Assembly (NCBI GenBank): GCA_036272735.1
Contig: DATAYF010000474.1
Span: 1 to 18,798, forward strand
Origin: Ktedonobacteraceae bacterium
GTDB lineage: Bacteria > Chloroflexota > Ktedonobacteria > Ktedonobacterales > Ktedonobacteraceae
Reading direction: 5' to 3'
Length of the DNA stretch: 18,798 nucleotides
Made by a program: the position numbers and the translations under genes. This document shows positions 8,405 through 16,003 of the stretch, piece by piece (position 1 is the stretch's first letter; each line of letters opens with the position of its first letter). Below the pieces are notes generated by a model. It was not told the DNA's origin. It saw only the letters and a program-made list of their open reading frames with translations, and did no database searches.

Positions 8405-8476
8405 ATGCACAGCACAAAGTATAACCAACAATTAAATCACTTTTACTTTTATTATTGGTTTAGCCCTCCAGCATGA
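8405..8476 (+). CDS. Candidate aromatic-amino-acid leader peptide (23 aa): MHSTKYNQQLNHFYFYYWFSPPA
   Basis: ATG at 8405 lies 10 nt after the purine-rich GAAGAGAA. Codons 13-19 (8441-8461) are TTT TAC TTT TAT TAT TGG TTT, which is seven consecutive Phe/Tyr/Trp codons. Stop TGA at 8474-8476 lies inside the 5' arm of the downstream hairpin. The ORF is too short to appear in the ORF track. Confidence 0.6.
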   Translation: MHSTKYNQQLNHFYFYYWFSPPA

Positions 8477-8556
8477 TGGTGGGCCCTTTGGGCTGTGCAA
8501 AAAAAGACCACCAGCGTGCTGGAGAAGCAGAGGAAAAAAACCTCTGCTTTTTTGTT
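8466..8556 (+). terminator. Leader RNA structure: a long imperfect hairpin (8466-8524) followed immediately by an intrinsic terminator (8525-8556), about 40 nt upstream of the DAHP synthase start. This is a candidate attenuator.
   Basis: CTCCAGCA (8466-8473) pairs with TGCTGGAG (8517-8524), and TGGTGG (8477-8482) pairs with CCACCA (8508-8513). Then AAGCAGAGG (8525-8533), loop AAAAAAA, and CCTCTGCTT (8541-8549) are followed by a T-run TTTTTT (8548-8553). No + strand gene lies upstream that this terminator could serve. Confidence 0.6.
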
Positions 8557-8593
8557 TCCCAAAAATAAAGCAAGAAATTGAGAGGACCAGGCC

Positions 8594-9667
8594 ATGATTA
8601 TTACGATTAGTAAGACTGCTACCAACGATGAACGTGCTCAACTGATGATGTTATTATCGCGCATAATGGGTCGGCAAAGACCGATGGCGACCCTGCATAT
8701 GCGCGAACACGACGTTATTGCCCTCGACCTGCCCCTGGATATCGCCACCGAAACCATCCTCAAGCAACAAAAAGCCGTCGACACCATCCACACCCTCAAA
8801 ACTCCCTACCAACTCGTGAGCCGCGCTTTTCAGCAAGAAGATACCAGCATCCTTATCGGCGCAACCAGCGATAGTGCGCCTGTTACTCTTGGTGGATCGT
8901 CCGCATTTCCTGTCATCATGGCTGGTCCCTGTGCGGTCGAACATCGTGAGCAGTTGTTGGAGGCGGCTCGCGGCGTGAAGGCGGCTGGCGCACATATGTT
9001 ACGCGGAGGAGCGTACAAGCCACGCACGTCGCCCTACCAGTTCCAGGGTCTGGGGATCGAGGGTCTGCGTCTATTGGCGGAAGCGCGCGCCGAAACAGGG
9101 TTGCCGATTATTACCGAAGTCATGGAGCCAGCGCTGGTGGAAACGGTGGCTGAATACGCCGATGTGTTGCAGATTGGGGCACGCAATGTGCAGAATTTCC
9201 CGCTCTTGCAGGCGGCCGGACGAAACAGCAAGCGGCTTCCGGTGGTATTGAAACGTGGTTGGTCCTCAACTATCGAAGAATGGCTGTCGGCAGCCGAGTA
9301 CATCGTCGCGGCCGGAAATCCCAACGTTATTTTGTGCGAGCGTGGCATTCGTAGCTATGATCCACAGACGCGCAACGTCCTCGACCTCACCTGTGTTCCC
9401 TTGCTGCACGAGTTGACCCATTTGCCAGTCATTGTGGACCCCAGCCATGCCACCGGCAAGCGTTCGTTGGTGCCGCCCGTGTCGCGTGCAAGCATCGCCG
9501 CTGGTGCCCAGGGACTGATTATCGAAGTGCATCCCGATCCCGCCCACGCGCTCTGTGACGGCAAGCAATCGATCACGCCAGCAGAACTCCAAAAAGTTGT
9601 ACGCGAGGCCAATATGCTCACAGAAATGATCAAAGGGGATATACCACAGTTGACGCCAGTGATGTAG
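8594..9667 (+). CDS. 3-deoxy-7-phosphoheptulonate (DAHP) synthase, type I-beta, with an N-terminal ferredoxin-like/ACT-type regulatory domain (Thermotoga maritima-like architecture)
   Basis: 357 aa. The catalytic core (...IMAGPCAVEHREQLLE...LRGGAYKPRTSPYQFQGLG...IITEVM...IGARNVQNF...LKRG...ILCERGIR...VIVDPSH...IIEVHPDPAHALCDGKQS...) aligns closely with T. maritima DAHPS/KDO8PS-family enzymes. An ~90-aa N-terminal extension precedes the barrel. Confidence 0.9.
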   Translation: MIITISKTATNDERAQLMMLLSRIMGRQRPMATLHMREHDVIALDLPLDIATETILKQQKAVDTIHTLKTPYQLVSRAFQQEDTSILIGATSDSAPVTLGGSSAFPVIMAGPCAVEHREQLLEAARGVKAAGAHMLRGGAYKPRTSPYQFQGLGIEGLRLLAEARAETGLPIITEVMEPALVETVAEYADVLQIGARNVQNFPLLQAAGRNSKRLPVVLKRGWSSTIEEWLSAAEYIVAAGNPNVILCERGIRSYDPQTRNVLDLTCVPLLHELTHLPVIVDPSHATGKRSLVPPVSRASIAAGAQGLIIEVHPDPAHALCDGKQSITPAELQKVVREANMLTEMIKGDIPQLTPVM

Positions 9668-9711
9668 TACGACCCAACCTGGTCTGGTACAGTTCATTTT
9701 TTGCGCTAGAG

Positions 9712-9752
9712 GAACCGAGACGGAGACAAACTTCGTCTCGGTTCTTTATTTT
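9712..9752 (+). terminator. Intrinsic terminator of the DAHP synthase gene
   Basis: GAACCGAGACG (9712-9722) pairs with CGTCTCGGTTC (9734-9744), a perfect 11-bp stem. It is followed by TTTATTTT. Confidence 0.8.
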
Positions 9753-9867
9753 GTATGGAAAAGCACGTCAAGTATGATGCATATAGATGAACCACAAAGT
9801 ATAAAAAATGCCGCATTTGCATGACTTTTACATTGCCCTGAGTCCTCCTCCCACGCCTTTCTATCAC

Positions 9868-9908
9868 CCCAAATGGTAGCGCATAACCCCCGAATGGTAG
9901 TGTATAAT
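9868..9908 (+). promoter_or_regulatory. Tandem direct repeats (CCCaAATGGTAGcGcATAA / CCCgAATGGTAGtGtATAA, 21-bp period) overlapping a TATAAT -10 element (9903-9908) upstream of the secreted-protein gene
   Basis: Two ~19-bp near-identical copies start at ~9868 and ~9889. The second copy ends in TATAAT, about 125 nt upstream of the ATG at 10035. Confidence 0.4.
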
Positions 9909-10034
9909 TATGATCGGTACCCATCTATTCATATTCTTCTCGCACGAAGCGAGATCCTCCAAGGTTTTGTCTAGCACTAGCAAGGCGAAGCCAGTCTCTT
10001 TGTATGCGATGTATGTGAAAGGAAGGTCACTCGT

Positions 10035-11747
10035 ATGCACTTCTCCCTTCCCGCAATGGGAAAACACCTCTGCAAAGTCGCTGGGATGGCGGTGTTTCTC
10101 AGCCTCTTGCTTACAGGAAGTTTCTTTCTACACGTGCCTATCTCTCAGGCCACGGGCCTGGCGCAACAGAGCCATCAGCAGGCCACCATTTATACCAGTG
10201 CCACCAAAGGTACGCTTGCCCCATTTGGTACTGCCGATCCTCGCCATCCTCCGGCCTCAGCAGCCGTGACCGGGGTTCCAAAGATCAAACATATTTCGAA
10301 GGGGGTGCGCCCCATTCCCAGCATCGCTCGGGCGTCCACCGCGCCTGGGCAGGCGCGTGCTTCCGGGCTTGCGCTGCACACTGGCCGGATCTTACAGAAT
10401 TTCAATGGAGTTAGCAGCCTGGATAGCGAGGTCACGAACTTTAATGCTGAATTCGAGCCGCCAGACCAGGGGCTCTGCGTTGGCAATGGCTTCGTCGTGG
10501 AAGCGGTGAACTCAGCTTTCACGATCTATCGGACCAATGGTACAGCGGTCTTGGGTCCGCTGAACGTCAATGTGCTTTTTGACGAAGGGCTCAAAGAGTT
10601 TACCAGCGATCCTCGCTGCTACTTCGATAAGTCAACCAACACCTGGGTCGCAATCATTCTCTACATTCGTAGTGATAATGCGGAGGCGCGCACCGACATT
10701 GCGGTCAATCACAGTGGTGATCCAACAACCCCCTGGACGGTCTATCATCTGGAGGCAACCGACGATGGGAGCGGTGGGATGCCAAACCACGCTGGATGTC
10801 CCTGTCTGGGAGATCAGCCGCTGCTGGGCCTTGACCAGGAGAACGTCTATATCAGCACTAACGAGTTTCCCATTGTCGCGAATGGCTTCAATGGGGCGCA
10901 GATCTATGCCATCTCGAAGCAGCAGCTTTTTGGTCTTTCGTCCCAGGTTCATTTTGTGCATTTTGACAACTTGAATATCGGGGGCGCAGTGGCTGCCTCA
11001 GTTCAGCCAGCAACTGCAAACGACAAAGCTGACGCGGGCTTCTTCATGAATTCGCTGGATCCCTTTGGTACCTCTGATAATCGTATCGGCATCTGGGCGC
11101 TAACCAACCGTCACGAGGTCAGCAAAGGAGGGGTTCCAATACTCTCCAGTATTGTCGTTACCTCGGAACTCTATGGCGTTCCGCCCCCAGCCATCCAGAA
11201 GGGAAACACCCGCAAGCTGGACGCAGGGGATGACCGCATGCAGCAGGTCCAATTTATCAATGGCGATCTCTGGGGCGCGTTGGATACAGTCATCACAATC
11301 CCGAATGATAGCGCGTCGCGGGCTGGCATTGCCTGGTTCCAGGTGCGTCCATCCATTCGCCATGAGCTGATCAGTGGACCGGAAATTGAGTATCAGGGTT
11401 ACGTTGCTTCGTCGGGGAACTATGTGCTCTACCCGGCGATCCAGGCGGGGCCGGATCATAGCGCGGCAATCGTCTTCACGTTCAGCGGAGCTAACAACTT
11501 CCCCAGCCCTGCCTACGCGGTAATGCAAGGTGGGATGCATGCTTTTGGCGCGATTACGCTAGCTGCTGATGGCACTGGGCCGTATGTGAATGGCACCCGT
11601 TGGGGCGACTATTCATACGCGACGCTTGATCCTGACCATAACCATTTCTGGCTTGCAACCGAGTATATTCCCCCGGTGAGCAGCCAGACAACGGATGGCG
11701 CTGCCAACTGGGGAACACGCGTCTTCGAGGTCGATGGGCACTCCTAG
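10035..11747 (+). CDS. Secreted hypothetical protein (570 aa) with an N-terminal signal peptide. No family recognised.
   Basis: GGAAGG RBS 8 nt upstream of the ATG. The N-terminus has a K-containing n-region followed by the hydrophobic stretch MAVFLSLLLTGSFFLHVPISQA. The rest shows no recognisable catalytic motifs. Alternative start at M17 (10083). Confidence 0.6.
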   Translation: MHFSLPAMGKHLCKVAGMAVFLSLLLTGSFFLHVPISQATGLAQQSHQQATIYTSATKGTLAPFGTADPRHPPASAAVTGVPKIKHISKGVRPIPSIARASTAPGQARASGLALHTGRILQNFNGVSSLDSEVTNFNAEFEPPDQGLCVGNGFVVEAVNSAFTIYRTNGTAVLGPLNVNVLFDEGLKEFTSDPRCYFDKSTNTWVAIILYIRSDNAEARTDIAVNHSGDPTTPWTVYHLEATDDGSGGMPNHAGCPCLGDQPLLGLDQENVYISTNEFPIVANGFNGAQIYAISKQQLFGLSSQVHFVHFDNLNIGGAVAASVQPATANDKADAGFFMNSLDPFGTSDNRIGIWALTNRHEVSKGGVPILSSIVVTSELYGVPPPAIQKGNTRKLDAGDDRMQQVQFINGDLWGALDTVITIPNDSASRAGIAWFQVRPSIRHELISGPEIEYQGYVASSGNYVLYPAIQAGPDHSAAIVFTFSGANNFPSPAYAVMQGGMHAFGAITLAADGTGPYVNGTRWGDYSYATLDPDHNHFWLATEYIPPVSSQTTDGAANWGTRVFEVDGHS

Positions 11748-11754
11748 TTCTAAC

Positions 11755-11801
11755 GCTTCAGCCGTGAGACCTCTCACGGCTGAAGCATCCCTTTCTTCTC
11801 C
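11755..11801 (+). terminator. Intrinsic terminator of the secreted-protein gene
   Basis: GCTTCAGCCGTGAGA (11755-11769) pairs with TCTCACGGCTGAAGC (11772-11786), a near-perfect 13-15 bp stem. It is followed by the pyrimidine/T-rich ATCCCTTTCTTCTCC. Confidence 0.65.
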
Positions 11802-12141
11802 GGAGCTTTTGAACCGCCTCCCCATAAGAATCTCTAGCAAAGTATGACTGAAAATGAATTTAAATGGTAAAATCTACCTTAGCAACAAAAATGTTGTATA
11901 GCTGTAATAGAAAGAAGTAAAAAAAGCACAGAACACGATGCTTTCTTTTAGCCCAAGAATAGAGCCTCACACCTGCCTCACCTTTTAGTCCTCAGTGGGT
12001 AGCGCCACGGTTCCTGCGGCAATCTGGACTACGCCTATCGACTCACCTATGGTTGTATGATATACTTGCCGTAATGTGGCAAGAGAAATCAGTATCGTCA
12101 GTGGGCAGAGCCCAAGCAAAGGCTTTGAGGTAGGTAACGCT

Positions 12142-12714
12142 ATGCCAGTAAGAATTATAATTGCAGATGACGAAGCCATACAGCGTATGGACTTAAAAGA
12201 TGTACTCATCAAACAGGGATATCTTGTGGTTGGAGAGGCTGGCGATGGCGTGAGTGCCATCAACCTGGCGCGTGAACTTCGACCAGACCTGGTCATTATG
12301 GACATTCGTATGCCCGATATGGACGGCATTGCCGCCGCCGAAACGTTGACAGAAGAAAAGCTTGCACCAGTGTTGTTGCTCACAGCCTTCGGGGATCAGC
12401 CATTAGTCGAACGTGCCAAAGAGGCCGGGGTCGTCAATTACATCGTGAAACCGCTGCGTGAGAGTGAAGTCACTCCCGCCATCGAAGTGGCCCTGGCGCG
12501 CTACAATGAGTTTCGTGGCCTTGAAGAGAAAAATCGTTCACTCACCGATCAGCTTGAGACGCGTAAGATTGTTGAGCGGGCGAAGGGTCTTATGATGCAA
12601 AAGCAAGGCTTATCCGAACAAGAGGCGTTCCGCAAAATCCAGAAGGCCAGCATGAACAATCGCAAATCTATGCGCGAAGTAGCAGAAGCTATCTTATTAA
12701 CCGACGAAATGTAG
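12142..12714 (+). CDS. Response regulator with a C-terminal ANTAR RNA-binding domain (PdtaR/AmiR/NasT-like)
   Basis: Preferred start is the ATG at 12142 with the GAGGTAGG RBS. The ORF-track start at 12076 is less likely. The receiver domain (RIIIADDEAIQRMDLKDVL...PDLVIMDIRMPDMDGI...LLLTAF...) and ANTAR motif (...LETRKIVERAKGLMMQKQGLSEQEAFRKIQKASMNNRKSMREVAEAIL) are close to mycobacterial PdtaR. Confidence 0.85.
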   Translation: MPVRIIIADDEAIQRMDLKDVLIKQGYLVVGEAGDGVSAINLARELRPDLVIMDIRMPDMDGIAAAETLTEEKLAPVLLLTAFGDQPLVERAKEAGVVNYIVKPLRESEVTPAIEVALARYNEFRGLEEKNRSLTDQLETRKIVERAKGLMMQKQGLSEQEAFRKIQKASMNNRKSMREVAEAILLTDEM

Positions 12715-12726
12715 GTGAAAACTGAC

Positions 12727-12757
12727 AGGATGCGGCAACGAGGCTTCATCCTTTTTT
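12727..12757 (+). terminator. Weak hairpin plus T-run between the ANTAR regulator gene and ricT. It could be a terminator or an ANTAR-controlled attenuator.
   Basis: AGGATG (12727-12732) pairs with CATCCT (12747-12752), separated by a 14-nt loop, then TTTTT (12753-12757). A TATAAT at 12766-12771 follows. Confidence 0.35.
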
Positions 12758-12792
12758 CATCTCAGTATAATGCCTAATAGATAGAGAAGTAT

Positions 12793-13806
12793 ATGTCACT
12801 GGCGACAAAGGATCTTGAGAAAACTATTCATATCGTCGGCATTCGTTTTCGTCCCGCCGGGCGCATCTACTACTTTGATCCTGTAGGGCAGATGTTTAAT
12901 AACGGCCAATATGTAATTGTGGAGACGGTGCGCGGCGTGGAGGCAGGGCGGGTGGTGATCGCGGCAAAACGGGTTGCGGAAAGCGAGCTGAGCGATCCCC
13001 TGAAGCCAGTTCTGCGCCTGGCGAGCGAAGACGAGCTGCGCACTATGCTCTCTTTTAAGAGCAAGGAAAAAGACGCGTTGGTCCGGTGCCATGAACGTAT
13101 TCAGTATCACCAGCTTCCGATGAAGCTGGTTGAGACCGAATATACGTTCGATGGAAGTCGTCTGACGTTCTATTTTACCGCGGAGGAACGGGTAGATTTT
13201 CGCGCCCTCGTGCGTGATCTTGCCGCGACCTTTCGTACTCGTATCGAATTGCGGCAGATAGGCGCTCGCGACCAGGCGAAGCTACAGGGCGGTATTGGCC
13301 CTTGTGGGAAGACGCTGTGTTGTAGCTCCTGGATCACCGACTTTGGTATCGTCTCTATAAAAATGGCGAAGGAGCAGGGACTGCCTCTCAATCCAACCAA
13401 GATTTCCGGTGTGTGTGGTCGCTTGATGTGCTGCCTCTCTTATGAGAATGAGAACTATATTCAGGCGAAGCGGCAAATGCCACAAATCGGCGCGTTCCTG
13501 AATACGCCCAGCGGATCAGGTAAAGTGGTGGCGGTGAACGTCCCCAAGAATTCGGTTGATGTCATATTGGAAAGTGGCGTCACCATCCAGGTGCCAGTCG
13601 AGGAAGAGCAGAACACGCAGTCCAGCAGTAGTTGTAATAGTTGTGGAAGCGGCACGAATTGTAGCTGCTCGAATGGTGGCCCCTGCACCTGTGGCGCGAA
13701 AAAAAGCCCCTCCACCACGAGCGCTCCGGCCAGCATCCCCAAAGGTGGTTGCTGTGTTTCGTGTAGTCTTAATAAGCAAAATCAGGCACCAAAAGCATCA
13801 AAATAA
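12793..13806 (+). CDS. ricT: PSP1-domain protein RicT (YaaT-like; regulatory iron-sulfur complex subunit / 'stage 0 sporulation protein') with an extra ~60-aa Cys-rich C-terminal tail
   Basis: There is block-wise near-identity to B. subtilis YaaT: VGIRF..AG.IYYFDP, VIVETVRGVE.G.VVIA, FYFTAEERVDFR.LV.DLA.TFRTRIELRQIG.RD.AK..GGIGPCG..LCCS, VSIKMAK.Q.L.LNPTKISG.CGRLMCCL.YEN. The C-terminal SSSSCNSCGSGTNCSCSNGGPCTCGAKK...GGCCVSCS is absent from YaaT. Confidence 0.9.
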   Translation: MSLATKDLEKTIHIVGIRFRPAGRIYYFDPVGQMFNNGQYVIVETVRGVEAGRVVIAAKRVAESELSDPLKPVLRLASEDELRTMLSFKSKEKDALVRCHERIQYHQLPMKLVETEYTFDGSRLTFYFTAEERVDFRALVRDLAATFRTRIELRQIGARDQAKLQGGIGPCGKTLCCSSWITDFGIVSIKMAKEQGLPLNPTKISGVCGRLMCCLSYENENYIQAKRQMPQIGAFLNTPSGSGKVVAVNVPKNSVDVILESGVTIQVPVEEEQNTQSSSSCNSCGSGTNCSCSNGGPCTCGAKKSPSTTSAPASIPKGGCCVSCSLNKQNQAPKASK

Positions 13807-13843
13807 CATTGTGAAGCTGAGATGAGAGGCAGGTGTGTGACGT

Positions 13844-15370
13844 ATGTCTTCAGATGGGAAGGACCCTGGTGCAATCTGGCAAGGACCCTCTAAACCGGAC
13901 TGGGGCCAGTCCGAACAACAAGCACAGATGGACCAGCAACTTGAATTCGCAGATCTCTCGCAGCAGCAGGCAGACGCTCCTCATGTTTTCTCGCTTATCG
14001 ACGACGATCTGGCGGACGAGGCGCTACCGCCGGACGCCAATTGGCAGGAGCGGCTCAAGCGCTACGCACGCCAGGCTATGCCGGTGTGGCTGCCCTTACT
14101 CCTCGGTGTACTGACCAGCATTTTTGTCATCCCTTTCATTATCCAGGGCCGCGCCAGCATCTCACTTGATAACCTCTGGTTGATCGTCACCGTCATTGTG
14201 GTAGTGACGCTGTCACAAATGGCCGCGCTGTTCTACACGAGCACCGCTACGAGCCAGGATGACGCCGGTACTGGCAATATTTTGCGAATCCCGGCCATCG
14301 TCGGGGGCATCCTCCTCTTTGTGCTCAGCGGCGTGTTCGCTCTTGCAGGCTCCACGGTAGGCTTGATTACCCTCGTTATCGTGATCGCACTCTTCGTCGT
14401 CTTATTCCGCTTATATGTTCACCCCGTGCCAGAAGGTTTCGTCGATATCGTTTACACCTTAGGCAAGTATAGTCGCACGCTCTACGCGGGGCCAAATGTG
14501 CTGCTGCCCTGGGAAAAGGTGGCGCATCATCTCAAAGTCAGCTCGATCCAGTGGTTGTGCCCCCTGCAACGGGTACAGCTTTCGCGTGCAGAGGATGTCC
14601 TGTTGCGTGCGACCATCTCGTATCGCCTGTTGCCGAGGGACGCCTACCTGGCGGTAACGCGAGTTGATCGCTGGGAAGAGGGCCTGCGCGAACTATTTAT
14701 TACCTGCGTGCAGACGATTGCGACGGCGTTTGCCCCTGAAGATTTTATCTCCTGGCCTGAAGGCTTACACACGCCACCTTCGGTCAATGAGAACGTTGAT
14801 AGTGTTGTGCGCCGAGATCGTATCAATAACTACTTGTATAACCAGATGAGCGATAAAGCGGCGCTATGGGGCATTATCGTGCAAGGGGTGGGTGTGCGCG
14901 ACATCATGCTCGCGCCGCACGACGCAGTTATTGATGCTGAAACGCTCTTTGCGTCTCCGGATCCCCCGGCTGCTCCACAACCACAGTCGCAAATGGCAAA
15001 CACGCGCCCACCGGCAGAACCTGCCGCCACTACTCTCCCGGAGAAAAACCTTAGTGGAGCGGGAGCGCCAAAGACGAATAACGTGCCCAAGGCCTCGGAG
15101 AACGCCATGGTGGTTGAAAGCTCCGCGCGCGCTATGCCGCAACAGCCAGGAATTGTGAATGAAGAGATTTTGTCAAAAGCCTACAAAGAGGTGCAGAATG
15201 GCAGAATTACAGACCCCCAAACTATCCGCGAGATAGCCGCCAGGTTCCAGGCCATCGCCGACGATCCCCAGGCTAGCCAAAAGGTCAACTTCGATGCGGA
15301 GCGAGGCGCGGCAAACCTGCAAGAACAAGCACGTAAGTACGAGGAGTCCGCAAGCAAGCAGCGTAAATAA
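13844..15370 (+). CDS. Membrane protein with an acidic N-terminal region, four predicted TM helices, a divergent SPFH/band-7 (stomatin/HflK/C/flotillin-like) domain, and a long P/Q/A-rich disordered C-terminus
   Basis: TM segments lie at about aa 70-190. The segment VPEGFVDIVYTLGKYSRTLYAGPNVLLPWEKV...SIQWLCPLQRVQLSRAEDVLLRATISYRLLPRDAYLAV matches the SPFH core pattern VPxG...GK..RTL.PG...P....V...Q.L.....TKD...V.VDAV..YRV.DP. It lies 37 nt after ricT. Confidence 0.65.
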   Translation: MSSDGKDPGAIWQGPSKPDWGQSEQQAQMDQQLEFADLSQQQADAPHVFSLIDDDLADEALPPDANWQERLKRYARQAMPVWLPLLLGVLTSIFVIPFIIQGRASISLDNLWLIVTVIVVVTLSQMAALFYTSTATSQDDAGTGNILRIPAIVGGILLFVLSGVFALAGSTVGLITLVIVIALFVVLFRLYVHPVPEGFVDIVYTLGKYSRTLYAGPNVLLPWEKVAHHLKVSSIQWLCPLQRVQLSRAEDVLLRATISYRLLPRDAYLAVTRVDRWEEGLRELFITCVQTIATAFAPEDFISWPEGLHTPPSVNENVDSVVRRDRINNYLYNQMSDKAALWGIIVQGVGVRDIMLAPHDAVIDAETLFASPDPPAAPQPQSQMANTRPPAEPAATTLPEKNLSGAGAPKTNNVPKASENAMVVESSARAMPQQPGIVNEEILSKAYKEVQNGRITDPQTIREIAARFQAIADDPQASQKVNFDAERGAANLQEQARKYEESASKQRK

Positions 15371-15615
15371 TGAGAGTGGTATCCGTAAGTACTAGGTTAG
15401 GATGCAGAGACGTTGAGCGTGGTTAAGGTGCTAACAGAGCCATAAGACATTTAGGCTAAATTCCCCCCTTGCTAAGCCCTTGAGAAGCAACATGGTATAC
15501 AATAGCATGTGTAGAAAGCAATCGATGTGACGATATACATTTCTAGGCAACGACCGTCGCATGAGGGGATTGCAACCTCCCAAGATCACGGAGGTTTCCA
15601 TGAGAGAGGGCGACC

Positions 15616-15945
15616 ATGAGAGCACCACGCGTAACAGCAGCTATTTTTGTGCTTTTGCTCATCGGGATCGTCTCATTAGGCGCAATTGGGCTGGTGGACT
15701 GGATTGGACCGGTAGAGGCCCACGGTAACACGGTTGAACACGCAAGAGGCACCATTCTACAGCAAAGCAATGGAACGAGCTTCACGTTACTGACCAAAAG
15801 TGGGAAGCAACTGACGTTCCAGTGTACCAGCAATTGTGACGTGCAACTTCAGCATATCAAACGGCACCAGACCGAACATGCGTTTACCGACGTTTATTAC
15901 GTGCCAGGTTCCAACCATACGCTGATTGCTGTAGATGTAGATTGA
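15616..15945 (+). CDS. Small (109 aa) secreted or membrane-anchored hypothetical protein
   Basis: GAGAGAGGG RBS 6 nt upstream. N-terminal signal/anchor MRAPRVTAAIFVLLLIGIVSLGAIGLV. A CTSNC Cys pair is present. No terminator before the next gene 58 nt downstream. Confidence 0.55.
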   Translation: MRAPRVTAAIFVLLLIGIVSLGAIGLVDWIGPVEAHGNTVEHARGTILQQSNGTSFTLLTKSGKQLTFQCTSNCDVQLQHIKRHQTEHAFTDVYYVPGSNHTLIAVDVD

Positions 15946-16003
15946 TCAGAAGGGTCCTAAGGCAACAGGAAAAATAGTAACTTAGAGAGTCAGGCGTCAA
16001 GGG

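Noticed and set aside
8370-8593. T-box riboswitch upstream of DAHP synthase
   Set aside because: A T-box would be a natural regulator for an aromatic-pathway gene and the leader has hairpins plus a terminator. However, the conserved T-box sequence (AGGGUGGNACCGCG) is absent. An aromatic-codon-rich leader ORF explains the architecture better.
12076-12141. Upstream in-frame start (12076) for the ANTAR regulator proposed by the ORF track
   Set aside because: The 22 extra residues are not part of a receiver domain. The ATG at 12142 has a good GAGGTAGG RBS, and the protein then begins MPVRIIIADDE as in PdtaR-like regulators.
11985-12383. 132-aa minus-strand ORF overlapping the ANTAR regulator gene start
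   Set aside because: Overlaps the response-regulator receiver domain on the opposite strand. Ser/Thr-rich low-complexity translation typical of antisense frames.
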